A stretch of 64,000 bases of DNA from Hydrolagus affinis (Eukaryota). The DNA is taken from NCBI GenBank assembly GCA_012026655.1, contig JAAILG010000001.1, positions 1 to 64,000 on the forward strand, given 5' to 3'. Below, in pieces: positions 48,165-62,800 of the stretch. The translations under genes and the position numbers were made by a program. The first letter of the stretch is position 1. The number at the start of each line of letters is the position of its first letter. The notes under the pieces are model-generated. The model ran no database searches, had not been told where the DNA came from, and worked only from the letters and a program-made list of their open reading frames with translations.

Positions 48165-48381
48165 AATCGATTGCACGCAGCAGTGTCCCATAAACAGTCG
48201 TGGATTGAAGAGACAAATTTTTTAAAAAGAAATTATTAGCCCTAGAAAAACAATTCGCCAAACAAATAACAACTGGGTTCCTAATTACTGTTCAGTAAAC
48301 AGAGGCGTATGGAATAAGGAATCTTGCCTAACAAGAACCCAGGTCTCTCGCTTGCGAGGCGAGTGATCTAACCACTGAGCT
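48165..48381 (-). mobile_element. tRNA-derived SINE (5' part)
   Basis: Reverse of GCTCAGTGGTTAGA...GCGAGAGACCTGGGTTC...TTCAATCCACGACTGTTT. Confidence 0.8.
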
Positions 48382-49974
48382 TGTAGGACTTCTATATGAT
48401 GACATGGTGATATCATAGCACACAATAGTGTCTGGATGTTAGATGGCTCTGTATAGCTAACAGCTAGGAGTTACACAGACCCAATGCAAACATATAGGGT
48501 GCATCTACATATTTGAAATGCGTTTCTCTTTCAAGGGACCTTATATTTTGCTGAGTGATTTACTGAGTTTTTGTCCTAAAATGTGCTTGGCATAATGTTA
48601 AATTCAGGGAGAGGGCTTCACACCCGAATGGAATTCTCAGCTGACAGCCAGGAGCTAGCAGATTGCAATAGCAACACTCTTATTATTAAATTGCAAATTA
48701 AAGCAGTTTACAGAGAAGACAATTATTGAAAATACGACTAAAAAAAGGTGCTGTTTCAGGAGAACGTATGTAGTGATCAGAACTGACATTATTCTCATAC
48801 TTTGAGCAGTTCTTGTTTTAAGCGTTTCCAATGGAAAACCAGGGTTGAGAGAGAGGGAGATTAGAGGCCTGTGCAAACCCCAGAAAATTACATGTTTCTA
48901 ATTACTAGTGTCCAAATGCTTATTACTGCCAAGTTTTATAATCAAGTCCAAGAATAAAAACCCCACACATAACTTGCAGAAAGTTGCGCTATGCTTGTGG
49001 ATTTTAATTTCAGATGTTGTCAACTCAAGGGCATTTGGACCAATCAATATCTGTCTGTCTGCTGGCACACAGAAAGTTTGCTATTAGGAAAGAGCGGCTT
49101 ACAGCAGGCTGAGCCAATACCATTAGCCCTAGCCTAAGGGCAGTTCTATCCATGAGTTGGGGTAGACACCTGCCCCCACCCCTCCCCCACCATTAAGCTA
49201 ACCACATGGGATGTCATTTGGACATTACAGGCAAAGAGCAGTTCTTTTTTTCTTCTTTTTTCACACCCAGACTTTACTAAATCAATAAATCTGTTCTTTG
49301 CTTATTTGAGAACTTTCCTTCAATATAAGCAAGGACTTACCTTCGAGCAACAAACTCCTACCAGACCAGGTCAGACTTTTTTTTTCTTTCTGGTTTCTTC
49401 CTGGCTTCAATTTAAAAATAATTATAATCTTTTTCTGACAGGCATTGAATGATGTTTTTCTGCCATGATGGATTTCACAGACTAACATTTTAGTAAGAAA
49501 TTATATCTGAATAAATGAAGCCTTACTGTTGAAACATATTATGTTTTTGGAAAACAATGATTTCATTTAACAGGCCTGTAATTTCTCTGATAAGCACAAA
49601 CTAGTTCCATTTTCAGGAAAGCATGCCAAGTACATTTGAGTAATGAGTGACTTAACTGATAGAGTTGTGATTTATTTTTGCATTGATCATCTACCTTCAC
49701 CAGGTGGAAGCTACATTTCCTAAAGGTAACTTATTATCCTGTATTTTAACAAAAACTGAAACTGCAAGGTTGAAGATGAATTCTGAAGCTAAAATAGATC
49801 AAATGGGTCACATCAGAAATTCCGAATTAAGTTTGTTTGGAGTTTGAGATAATTTGTTCTGAATCACATATATTTTTAATAACTATCAGAGTGAAGGAAG
49901 TACATGGTTATGTTAAGATGTGTGCAAAGTATGTCACCTGCATTCCCTAAAGCATTACATTAACAGTTGCAGAA

Positions 49975-50150
49975 AGGGGCTGGTGGTGCTGTGGGTTGGT
50001 GCGTTAATATCTTGCATAGGAGAGTGATAACAAGTGGTTTCACCTCTATGATCTTCCACACTGTGAGCTCGCAATCTCAGTCAGATTGTCTGAGGAGGCA
50101 TTGAGCAGAGGTGAAGCACTTTCCCTGCACAGGGATGACATCCGAAGGCG
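49975..50150 (+). mobile_element. Possible ancient tRNA-headed SINE remnant
   Basis: GGGGCTGGTGG...GGGTTGGT...TTTCACCTCT resembles the head of old vertebrate SINEs such as LF-SINE; similarity is weak. Confidence 0.3.
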
Positions 50151-50754
50151 GAACAAATTTGTGCCGCTTTTGCACACCTCCCAATTGCTTGTTATGGAGA
50201 GCTATTAAGGGAGGTTTGGAAACAGGTCATGTCAGGGAACATTGTATACAGTAGGGATGTGGAGGGGAGGTGGGGGGGAGATGATACGCTTTTAAATAAC
50301 TAACATAACAATTGAAGAGAAAGATAAATGACAGTGGATGATTATGTCTATGAATTGTGCTCCTGACATGAAAGGCGTTATACAAGTGTAATCGTGTTGT
50401 TGTTGTTACATTTGCAGATACAAATTGTAGTTTGGATCTGTAGTTCAAATTCATCTGATTTAAAGTTCCGATATTCAGATGGATACTTTAAACTAAATAA
50501 CATCGCTTCAGCAGGATATCCCTTCAAGCTGTTCTTCAATGACAAAATGTATGTGAATTAAATCTGTATTTCAGAAGCAAAAAGGGTGAAGAATGTGACA
50601 ATTCTTAAAAGATTTGATATGATTACCACATTGAATCTGTCATGAAATGGTGTTTCTCACCCTGGAAATGTCAAACTGAGCATAGAAGAACTGAGTAAAA
50701 AGAGGAATGTAATAATTTTGAATGTTATAATTGTGAACAGTTAATAACTTATTT

Positions 50755-50850
50755 ATTATAATAATCCTTGCATTTGATAAAGCGCCTTATCACGTCTTGG
50801 AGATCCTCGAAGCATCTCACAAAATATACTGTCAAGTGAACTGACTGTAA
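50755..50850 (-). mobile_element. SINE 3' tail
   Basis: ATAATCCTTGCATTTGATAAAGCGCCTTATCACGTC..., the reverse SINE tail. Confidence 0.7.
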
Positions 50851-53256
50851 TATGCTAACTATAGCTAGTCACTAGTCAGTAATATATAGGAATGATCATT
50901 TCAAATACTTCTTTTCATTTAGTGATACAGTATGTATTGAAGTTAAAGAAAGCACAGATTGCAAAGCCAGTCCCATGGTGCTTACTTTGGAATCTACTCG
51001 AAAGTTCCATTGCACATACCACAACAATCCAGCAACCCTAACTAATATAAAGGAATGAACACCACTCACTATTTTTTATGCATTTTCCAAATAAGATGTG
51101 CCCAACATTCAAATTTGAATTTATTGCTGTCAAACCAAAATTTGAATTGAAAGCTGTTTAAAGTATAGTGTGAATGAAAATCAACTGATTGTAATAATAA
51201 TCCTTGTATTTTGTATTATTGAATATGAACTCCTTTCATAGTATTCATGTCAAATACAAAGTTTGGTAGATAACAAAATCACTGAGTAAAAATACAGATC
51301 TCACACTGTGCACTACTTGCCTCCTTTCACATGCAAACAATTTTAAAGATCATGTAACAAAAATCTTATTCTGAAAACACGAACTAAAGGTTCATTTTTG
51401 TTGTTGATTTATAATAACAGGTTAAAATTGAGAAGGAGTGGCCAATATGCAAAAACAAAGATTATGTTCTGAAACAGCATTGCAATTTTGGCAAAACAGA
51501 AAAAAAAACTGCACCAATCACATTGAAGAATGATTGACAGTCTGAGAAGATAGTTGTTTGGAATATGAATCCTGGCTGATTTGGTCCATTATTTTGGTAT
51601 CATCTCCAACCTCCACAAAGGTAAAAACACAGTTAGAATAATTCAATTAGAGGCATAAATAGACGCACAATTTTCAATAATTCAGAATTTTACTAATTAC
51701 TTAACAAGAGTACAGAAACACAAATGCATTATCTTAAGCAGATCAATATTTCCGATTGCAATTGAGAGAAATCTCCTTGACATTCTAATACAGCATGTCA
51801 GATGTACGCAAATAATACTAATGATTGTTTCGAGATTGGCTGATGAAACCCTGAGATGGCCAGCTGAGGGCAGCAAGTGCCTTTTTTTTGATTCAGCCTT
51901 ATTGTAATAGCTTGACTTCTGTGCAGTGATTTTTCTTTTATATTACAGAAGTGCAGATACAGATAAATCTTGGACGCCTTGCCAGTATTTCATGTGTTTT
52001 TTGGTATTGATTTGTTTTAATAAGCATCACTGGATTTTTTTTTGCTAATGGTGGTGTGTCTGGTTTTAAGGGCAAAAGTAATAGAAAACAACCCCAGGGG
52101 GTTCAAGAGTGACCGTATTGCCCTAAGCCCTCAGGGCAATGATGCACACTTGAGGCCACTCTTTAAATTAAGAGAAACTTTTTCTGTCTCCGATGTCTGA
52201 GGATATAAGACCTATATTGATATAGTTTTACATTGACAAAGAATAACTTGCGTATTTATTTTATCTGTGGCGTTTTCACATTATAAAACAAAACGCTAAT
52301 GCACTCAGTTAAATAAACAAATTAAGCATCACAACAAATGTAATTTTTTAAAAGCAAAGCCTCATCAAAATGCATTGTTAGTATACGGAGAAAGGGCTTC
52401 ATATTTTATGAGGCGCCCTACAGCTCTCAAAGGAATGCTACAAATGTTTGTTTTATTGATTTGGAATATGCACTTCTGATATTATAATTGCATCTCTCTC
52501 TTTGTTGTTCTTATTCAGTCTTAAAACTGCAGTGTCTCTGCCCTGCCAATCTGAATTGCAGTAATTGTTCATTTTATCCTTGCATTCAAAATAAACTAAC
52601 TGCCACTCACACGGGGGCTGATTCACAATTTTCTCACCAGAGAAAAGGGATTTTTACTCCTGATAAATCAGGAACTTACCAAAGAAAAAAAAATGGTTGC
52701 AATAAGGGCAACCAGTCACTTTTCAATCCCAGTGTTGGTTTCATATTCAGTGTTTGAAATCCCACCTGCCATTAATCTGTGTACACTAATCCTGAGGTAG
52801 GAATGGAACCGAGGTAAACACATGATACTGATATCAATTCAGGAAAAAATAATTAGAATATAATAATTACAGAAAGGGCACAATCTATTTTTTTTGTATC
52901 CACTTCAATCCGGGAAAAGGCTATGAAGTGGGACATCTAACAGCGACTAAACAACTACCTAATGAGTGTGATAATGTGCTTTACCAGTCCAGCTATTCGG
53001 TGAACCCAAGTGCTGTAACTAATCCAGAAATACAGTAATTGCTTAACCCTTTAAGAACTGGGCTTGCACTTCCACAGCCAAAACAAAATATACCACAGTA
53101 CAGTATTGCAGTTTCCTTAGTTTTCATCAAGTATACAATGAATTAGAAAAGAGGGTTATTTTCACGTGCACTTTATAATGCCTCCAACGCACACTTTAAT
53201 AGAAGATAATTTTGGGGATGGTATGTGAAGGAAAAGAACGTTTTCATTGTGCTCAT

Positions 53257-54141
53257 TGGCCCGTTAACTATTTTGTTTTGGTTGTGGTTGATTTGGGGAC
53301 GGTAGATCACTTCACTGCACTCTTACTGTGAAAGCTGAAAAAAATTACTTTTTCGCACCCCAAAAAAAGGTTATGTTAAACACTGACAGAAATCAAATAA
53401 CATTTCTGTAAAGATCAATTTGTTTCTTTGGGGAAAACTGAGTTGATCTTGTCAGGGTTGCTTTGCAGTCTAGGATACCACATGAGTGGTTTGCGCATGT
53501 TGGTGGTTTCATTCCTCCACAAAACCACCTGTGAAACCTTGTTACTTGCAAACCATTAGGCAGAAGTGACTTAACCTGTTTGTCAATAGCCATTTTCAAA
53601 CTGTGATCCGATTTTTATGTTTGAGCTGCGAATTTTGTCATGACAAAGTTTTCTTTTTTGTTGGGGTGGGGGGGTTGGCGTTGTGGTGAGCAAAAGGTGT
53701 TGCCTTTTTGGACTTATCAAACTGAGGGTTACATTACATTTTGGGCATCCAGTCTTCAGGTGAGCTGCAATATGGTTAGATGCAGAGCAAATCTCCCTCT
53801 ACTCAGCTCCATGGAGTACCATATTGTAACAGTGTGATATTGCACTTCTCATACCAGCCATCCTCTGGCCTGTTCTAATGAAATTGCTACTTTGCTAAAT
53901 TGGTAGTGTAATGTTATGGGGCACTTGATGATGCATTTTCAAAGAGCATAGATATTTACCTAGAACCCTTGTGGTCAACAGATAGAGGAGACTTTCACTC
54001 ACCCTTCTGACCTGGACTAGATTTTAGATCCTGACGTAAAACGCTGCTGCTTAACAATCAGCATTTCCCCTGGCCCCTTAACTATTTTGTTTTGGTTGTG
54101 GTTGATTTGGGGACGTTAGATCACTTCACTGCACTCTTACT
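53257..54141 (+). repeat. 71-bp direct repeat pair (53257-53327 and 54071-54141)
   Basis: The two copies differ at 2 positions. Confidence 0.9.
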
Positions 54142-54399
54142 ATTTTGCATAAAATGCTGGTCCTGTGTGTTCATCCTCCAGTTATAAATTAAACAGAGCT
54201 GAAGGATAATGTGGTCAGTAATTCAAATACTATCCTCATCCTCCGTCCACCCTCCAGGCAATGACAGTTGAAGAAACCAAGGACAGCATAATACTGTGTA
54301 ACAAACCATTAAATATTTTTGACAAATTTCTTTTTGATGTATGAACCCATCACCATTGTCCTTTGCTGAAATAAGTCACTGATCGTAATTTCATTGTGC

Positions 54400-55030
54400 C
54401 ACTCAAAAATGATTGCAGGTCTAAAAAAAGTCATTGTCAAAATGGCTTCAAGTATCAAACTGTACTCCAAGCTGATCTGGGATCTTTCCTCCTTTTCATC
54501 TGTCTTAAATCAAGGTGAAAAGAGAACAAGGCTTAACAAAAATAGTTATTCAACTAGGAAAATTGTGAACTTGGAAACTACATTCAATTTGGCAAGTGTT
54601 GCGAGTGCACATGGCCAATTCAAAATTAGAGACCTGTTGCAGGAGGTTTGGGTGGCTTCACTTCATAAAATGGTCAAATTGTTTGTGCTGAAAACTGCTG
54701 CAAAGCTGCTCTTGTTATTTTCTTATCTAGTTAACACTGAAGCAGATAGCACATGTTGATGAGAGACACAGATGATGTGAATATAAACAGGCTATTTGGC
54801 TTTGACCGTGAGAGCAGAACTAGAGAGGGTAAAGGTTTAACATTTAAAATCTTCAAGCATGACGAGAATTTATTTTTTCTCCAATGTAAGTTCAGTAATG
54901 GATTTACAAAACAGACTCCCAACAAAACCAGTGCTGCTCTGTCGTTTAACTCCCTGAATAAAAAATGTACCTGCATCAGAACAATTGTGTTGGAGAATAC
55001 TGTATAGAGATAGGTGTAGACTGAAATGAA
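54400..55030 (+). mobile_element. Highly decayed CR1 LINE ORF2 C-terminal region
   Basis: DDVNINRLFGFDRESRTREG...FKHDENLFFLQ...SAALSFNSL resembles the CR1 D.V...LF....SRTRGH...F....R..FF.QRV motif. Confidence 0.55.
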
Positions 55031-56769
55031 CAAAATGTCCAATTCAGATTTATGAGTGCTATTGGGTAGGGAACAGAAATTGGGGATTTGGATGGAGGGA
55101 GGGAATTTTAAAGGGTGTTGAGGTTGGGGGTAGGAGGTTGGAGGGGAGACATCAAAGTGTTTGGATTATTTATCCATATAATCAGGAATACTTTTGTGAA
55201 TTACGTGAACATGTACAATGAATTACATGCAGATAACACTTGATTTTTCTCCAAATGTACCCTTTTTGGAATGATTGTGTTGGACATATTTCTACAGCCA
55301 TCTTTAATAATTGATATCAGCTGCTTTGGTTATAAACGTGTAGGCTTTAAGGGCCAAGTGGGAAATGAATTATTATCGTCACTCCCGATGAGGTCACAGC
55401 ATGAAACTATCCATGCAAGAGCCAAAAGGAACATAAAGCTGTCTCGGTCGAACGTAACACTTGCACTTCGAGATATTTCAGTGACTCAGACCCGCAAACA
55501 ATGGCAACACTGTTCTGAGGGAATGAGTGGACGGATTGTGGGATAAATAGGAAGCCACATTCTAGAGCAGAAATTGGGACAATGAAATTTGACAATCGCA
55601 TGTGGACCTCCTATTGGCGAACTACAGATGTATTACATTAAGACTCTAGCCTACATTTAATAAAAAGGCTTCTCTATGGAGATGAAACCCTGAAGAAACA
55701 TAATTTTCAGAAAGGCCAAGGCAGTCTATTGCCATGCCATGATAATCCCAGGTATGTCAATGTTAGTATTTTTACTGGGCCATCAGTAATCAGCCAAAGA
55801 TCAATTAGCAAAGTTACCAGGTGCTCTAGGGAGCAACCAATCCTTTGGAATTAAGTCAAACAACATTGTAATGGAAAGTGCCAAAATAACTCTAGAGCTT
55901 GTTTGTGTGAAAAATCAGAATCCTCTTCGCATTGAGCTCTTCAATGCCTGTTGGTATTCCATGGAGAGAGATCAGAGTCACAAACAAAAACATCACCTGA
56001 CTCCTCCGTTTGCAGTTCCCTTCTCAACTTCATTAAAAATCCTCAATATATTTACCAGAGGCAGCTAGAGACAAAATGTAATTTTAAAAACATAATAATA
56101 ATAAACTGCATGTTGATGAACTCAAATACAACAGCAAGAAATGTTCTGTTGTGAGTCTAAGTGCCTTTGAATTGTGTAGGATCCTAGCAACACAACTCAA
56201 TTCTATAAATGTCTTCAAGCAAATTGCCACATAGAAGTGACTTGTCTAGTTTAAGTACTATGTCTGCAGGACCATTGATTGCGTCTCTGTGATTAGTTTT
56301 ACGGCACAATTACCAGTATCATTTCGTGTTTAGCTGTCAGACAGTACTGGATTTTCAAAATAACTGTAATACATTAGTAAGAGATAAGATTGACTGGAAA
56401 ACCAGTGACACGACTGTCTCAAATGTGCCATTAGCATCACCGGTAACTATTTCCTTTTATAGAAGTACAGTATTTCTAATAGGAAGACACTCCATAATTG
56501 TTTTGCATTGTATTAAGGAGAGCTGCTCCTCTGTAATTAGATCTTCCTGTCATGTGATATACCCCATCAGGGGTGTTTCTTTAAAACCATTATTGTTAAA
56601 CGTTCTCTTCCTGTCATGCAACAAGAAACCATGTGTTTACCACCATCTTCAGAAAGCTCTCACAATGGACCCTGATGGATGCCAAGGTGCTTTGCAGATC
56701 CGATTGAAAGTGTATGATTCCACAGGCTCTCATCAAAATAATAGTTTCATGGAATTTCGATTGCATCAC

Positions 56770-57190
56770 CGATTTGTTTGAGGCAGAATCCATAGGGGAA
56801 CTGGATAAATATCTAAAAGGGGGTCAACTACAGGGGTACGGGAAAAGGGCAGATAAGTGGGATGCAAAGGATTGTTCTTTAAAATAAAATTCAATTGAAA
56901 TTGATTAATTAATCATTAATTTGTTTAAAAAATTGAAAATCTAGCTGTTTGTGGAACAATGCTGTGTGCAAATTGATTGCAGAATTCACCTACAATATTC
57001 ACATTATAATCCTACTGTGCAGTATATTATATACAGTATATATTTATATATCCTGTGAAGGGCTTTGAGATGTCTTGACAATGTGATAAGGCTCTACATC
57101 AATTGCAAGGATTATTATCATTAAAGGAGCCAGCACATTCACTATGGGCCAAATGAATTTCTATGATGTAAATTTCTACTGTTCTGTGGC
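56770..57190 (+). mobile_element. CR1 3' end interrupted by a SINE 3' half (~56935-57122)
   Basis: GAACTGGATAAATATCT...GGGGTACGGGAAAAGGGCAG...GATTGTTCTTT resumes after the SINE tail as AAAGGAGCCAGCAC...ATGGGCCAAATG. Confidence 0.7.
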
Positions 57191-59799
57191 TCTTTTCGCC
57201 AGGTAGCCCATTTTGATGGAGTGAGTGGGAGCTATTTGATTTAGTTGACTGATGTGGTGGTGACAGTGATCGCTTCCAAAATGATTGTGGCTTTTCTAAA
57301 AACTACAGTTTTTAATTTCAAACCTTTGATAAGATGGGAGTTTGTGAAAACTGAAAAGAACACATTTCCCCAGCAACAACTGAAAAAACTAAAACCGAAC
57401 CCGTGTTTAGTTTAACAACAGAAATTTTAGGTGCGGATACACAGCATACCGTATAGATATTGTGGCAACTTACACTTTTGTAACTGCAAAAGCTTTGAGA
57501 AAATAGGTAATGGATTGATAACAAGCAGAGCCCCATTTTGGCAGTGTATGCTCTCCATTTCTTGTTCAGTTGAAGTGGAATCTTGTACAACACAAGTGCA
57601 CTGCAAATTGAAGACTACATTGCTTGACAAAGAAATCCAGTATATTTGCAGCAAGCTGTCAGTGTGTTGATACTGCTAACATGCAGAGGGCAATTTCAGG
57701 CAGCCAGATCATTGCCCTAGTCTTTTTAAGACAGCTCTGAGTATTTAATTCAGATCCTTTTATTTACCTCAGCAGATTAAAAAAAACATTTATTCTGGAG
57801 CACGGCTCTCATATGTAAAGTTTGGAGTAGGGTTTAACAACTATCTATACATTTATTTATGAATATATTTGTTATGACATGAATCCAAAACAAAATACAA
57901 AAACACATAGGTTGTGCACACATTTCTTTTCGGGTTTGTTCCCTTTCAAAATAGTCCACGATCATGTACGTGCTTGCGCACACCCAGAGAAGGTCACCCA
58001 TTGCTTTCGGAAGGCGCCCCGATGTGCATCATACGTGCACATGTTTTTGAGTAGGTGCATTAACACGTACACATTATTGAACAAGTTCTACTTACCCTAC
58101 TTACACAACCCATGTTACATATATGCATACCACATATGTATGAATACATGCATGAATCCATGCATGCATGCATAAAGGGAAGCAAATATATCACATTATT
58201 GCTATAGCTCTATTTGGAAGGCTAAAAACAAATCTACTTCAAATTCAGGTTCAGGTTAAAATACTGAAATCTATCAAATGTTGTACAGATTAACTTATCA
58301 CCTAGTTAAATGGTCTGTCAGTCTGGGATGGTTTGCTTGGCAGGGTGAATTCAAATGCATGCAAATTTCCCCTGTGGCTGACTAGCAAGTATAGTGAATC
58401 TGTCAAATGATGAAATGCAAAAATGCATTAACACAGTTAAAAAAACAATGAAAGAGCTATTTAATATATTAATAACATTTTCACATTTGGGTGACTTGAA
58501 AAATATATGAAGCATAGGCCGAACAGCTGATAATGTGTGAAAATTGCTATAGAATCATTGTAATTATCCCATGTATGTTTGGCGATTCGCAGATTGCCCT
58601 TAAACAATTAACAATTCTAAATCAGAAAAACATTGTGCCGCTCCGTGCAATACATTGATAGTTTCACTGAAATCTGTGGTCTGAAAACTTTACATATTAA
58701 CTTCATCAAATCTCTTAATCGCGTGTCAGCAGTTCACCTGCAATAGATTTGGTGATTCTGTTTTTAAAGCATCTTTGTTTCAGTTTTAAGTGCTTTAGCG
58801 CTCATAATGTGTGGGCTGCGGGAATTAATTTCCCATTATTTCTCAACTAAAACACACTCTGATTCGGGGGAGAAGGGAATGGAGAGAAATAACTGTGCTT
58901 TGCGTTATATGACAGAATTGGGCGAAATATAGGGTCGCAGAAAAAGTAATAAAAGTGGGTATTCCGTAAATGAAACCAATAAAAATAATCCCAGCAATCA
59001 TATACTGTATAGAACAGTGGTGTGTACATTTCTTCTTATGTGGTAGAATAACATTTCACGCTGACGCATTTGAAAGGTATGACAGGCCCATTAACATTTC
59101 ACAAGAACTACATTGTTTGTTTAAACCAATCCTAAATTGCTAACATTGATGAGGAAATGTCAAGACCTGCAGTGGTATGTGGGTACCTATTAGATGAGAG
59201 GCAGCCTTTAATAGGAGCACAATGATTCCATATTTCTGTGATTAATTACCAGGACCACCTACTGGTCACATAAATGGAAATCTGCACTGACCTCCTTACA
59301 AACTTTTTACAGGACAGCATTCTACTTTTTTTTAAAACATAAAGAGTTGGTCTTTTCGCTCTGTGATATCAACCTTTACGCTCATGCATGTAAGGCTGAT
59401 GTAATCCCATGAGGTTATGTAAAATGAGGGCTATAATCACCATTTTGTATTACAGAAGACCTGGGATATAATGAAGACCAATTTTCCAGGGCAAAAAAAT
59501 ATGTTATATGATGAACTGTACGGAAAACATGTCTCAAATTAAAAAAAATTGCAAAGGGTCGTGAGTGATAGCAAAAGGTGCTTGCTGCTCCCAGCTACTG
59601 AGTGCTGGCCATTGTAATAATGGTTTCACTGAAAACCTGTTTGTTTTTTAAAACTGGGACATTTCCACTCCCAAGGGCAGTCCGTGGCCTGGGTCCTTCT
59701 TCCGACTTGTGAACGAAAGCACACATGTCCCTGCTGGCAGTTTTTTTCATTGGGCCAGTGGCAAATCAGGGAACCTTCTCATTGATGAGACTACATTTG

Positions 59800-59862
59800 C
59801 TACAACAACAATTTGCATTGATACAGCGCCCTTCACGCAGGTTGGAGTCTCGGAGTGCTTAC
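59800..59862 (-). mobile_element. L2 3' tail
   Basis: ACAACAACAATTTGCATTGATACAGCGCCCTTCACG, the reverse L2 tail. Confidence 0.55.
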
Positions 59863-62800
59863 TTTGCTACGTAGTAAATGCCTGAAAATGGAAAATGAAA
59901 TACCCCCCGTGAATTCTACCAGTATGTAATAGATAGATTTACACGGGCTGGAGTGCCCTTCAAGTAGGAACCACAGCTCTAGGCTGAGATTCTATTCAAA
60001 CGCTGTTTAGGATTATGATATTTTATGCATCTTTTAATATGATTGGAATTTTTGTCCCTTTAACCTGTTTTGAATGATTACATATAGTATATGTGTGTAA
60101 TTTGTTTTACAATGCAATACTTCAGTGCTGCAAGGCTCTTTAAAATATCTGATGAAAAGGCATACAGTAAACAACTCTAATGCACGTCAAGCATATCTGA
60201 AAAAGTTTTCAAAACTCATTAAAATAAGCACAGACACAATGGAGCCATTAATTTACTGTAACAAAACACTTCCATTTACAAGTGTGTTTTAATGTATTTT
60301 TAATTAAATTAATGTTGCATTTAACATTTTTACTTTGCACGCAATTCAATAAATATTTAATCTTGACTAAATGACTCATATATGTAAATTGAATGTAGAG
60401 CCTCGATTCTGAAAAGGAAAAAAAAATCTTGGGTGGTGGGGGGCGGTGGACTAATTTGTGCTGTTTTGTTAAAAGATTTCTAAACATAGAATCCTGTAGG
60501 TAACTGGTTGTGTTTCACTCCGACCCCACTGGAATTCTACTCGGATGTCAATTTCATTCCCGATTTCGGTGAAGGGATCCTTCCGATGCCTACCAGGAGG
60601 TTAGTATCTGAGTGGATTTCCAGCGGGCTGGCTGAGAGATGGATCCCACTACGTGAGGGATTTTATTTCTTAAAAACCCTGTTATTGGTCGATGCATATT
60701 GCCATTTATCTTTGAGGTAGAGACCGTGCCACTGGTTGCTTCTTATCATTGTTAAAACTGAGTGAAATCATTGCAGATACTATACGGTTAATCATGGATT
60801 GCTCCCTTCTGTCTGCTTTCAAATACTGAATCTACTTTTGCTATTTACGCAGCGGGATTTATTCCAAGTCTGTTCTTGCAACCATTTGTCCTGCAGTCTA
60901 ACCTGCAACTCTGTAATGGAATAACTATTAAAGTGGTACTATGAAATTGCTTGTTTGTCCTTCCACTGCAGCTCAATGAATGCAAAGCAAAGTCAACTTC
61001 CCTGTTAAACAACGTGCAACCTCCTATTTTCCATTCATTACTCTGGAACTCTTTGGCATCGGAGTGCAATGTGGTCTCATTTGTTCAACTGATTGCTGCA
61101 GTTTTCTTTCCAGGCTCTGCTGTTAACGGTCTTTTTATCTCTCTCAACCTGGCATCAGCATGGTGTGTCTGGAAGGCCTACTGAGAGACGAGGACATGTT
61201 TGTGGCAGGTGAAATTTTATGTCCAGGCAACCATTCTAACAGGCAGCGTCAGCCGCCCGAGGCGCTATGGCTTCACACTCTTTTGCTCCACAGCTCTAGC
61301 TTATTCCTTGTCTCTGTAGAGCTCCTTCTAATGTCTACACACCAGCAAACAAAGCAGATGGGATGGTGGAAAATGAATAATTAGCCTCTGCACCAGTGAG
61401 TTCAAGCTAATACTCTGAACCAGGTATGACATCAAATCATTTCCAGGGGGACAACAAATGTCATGATGGAGATGAGAATTTTTCAGATGCCTCTTGTCAG
61501 AAGCAAACACAAGAAAGGTTTTAACTCTTCTACTAGTCTGCAAGTCCCAGAGGCTGTGTTCGTTGGCTACAGGATGGAAATCCCTTCTTTCTCTGCGTAG
61601 CCCTGCAATGGCCATCACCAGAAGGACTGATCCCTCTGGGCCCAGATTTTCCACTCAGGGCATGAAGATTTTTTTTTACAAAGCACAGGGAAAGTACCAG
61701 CTATTTGTGTCTATTATAGAAATAAAAAAAACTGCCTACCATGAAAAGAGAGAGAGAGAGAGGGAGGCACTTGAATAAATCAGTTGCTATTGGCTGTGCT
61801 GAGAGATACCTGCAATTTGTTTATTGCCTGAATTTAACTTGAATTTGCATATCATTTTTGTTTACTAACCATATAAATCTTACCATAGGCACAGCTGCTG
61901 GCTTCCCTCTCGTTGTGTGGCCCCATGATTTATTTAAGAGATGAAGCTTTGCCCAGGCAAATGGGGACAGAAGCAAAACTTGCTTGTACGTAAAACCTGC
62001 TGAAATGCACCTGAGATTAAAAGACCGGATGAAAACAGAAGGACCTAAGTGCTTCCAGTATTACACAATAATAGAAAAAAATGTGTTTCATTGTTTTCTT
62101 TTGTTGATGGCAACGGAGGTGTAAATAATAAGGCAGGGATATGTTCTGCATTCTAAAAAATGTAACATATTGACTGGAAGAACATGCTAAAAATCTACCA
62201 AACCATAACCCCCTATTTAGAGCTCATTTATAGCAGCCATCTGTGTTTAAATTGGCACACAGAACCTGAGTAAACATAAACAAGGGATTTTTTTTTTGCC
62301 AGTCTTTATTATTTGTTCAGAAATAATCAAGAGGCAAACATATTTTAAACAACTAAATTTAAGAATAAGCCCCCCAAAAAGTAAAGTGCAGACGAATAAC
62401 GGACAGAAGGTGCTTAAATTTTAGGTTGATGAAAAATGTGATGTTTTACAAAGCTTAGTAGGCTAGCAATAGTATAATAAAGTGGGGAACATTGTGTGTT
62501 TTATAGTACTTTTACATGAACATTTTTTTAGACGATTCACAATACAGTACATTCTTAAACTACACTAGAGCAATCCAGATTGCTGATTGTGAACAGTATG
62601 GGAATACATGGTGGAGTTCCACGAGCTGACACATGGGTCATGCAATTATTAGACTCTATTAAAAATAATAGAGCAAGTAATTCTTCTAATCAACCCTCAT
62701 GTTTCAGGAATGTAAGCCAAATGGAAAAATGCTTGTTTGAAAAATGTTGACGCGCTTTCAGGTTCACATCTCATGTGAAGGGTAAAATGCTGGGTATAAA

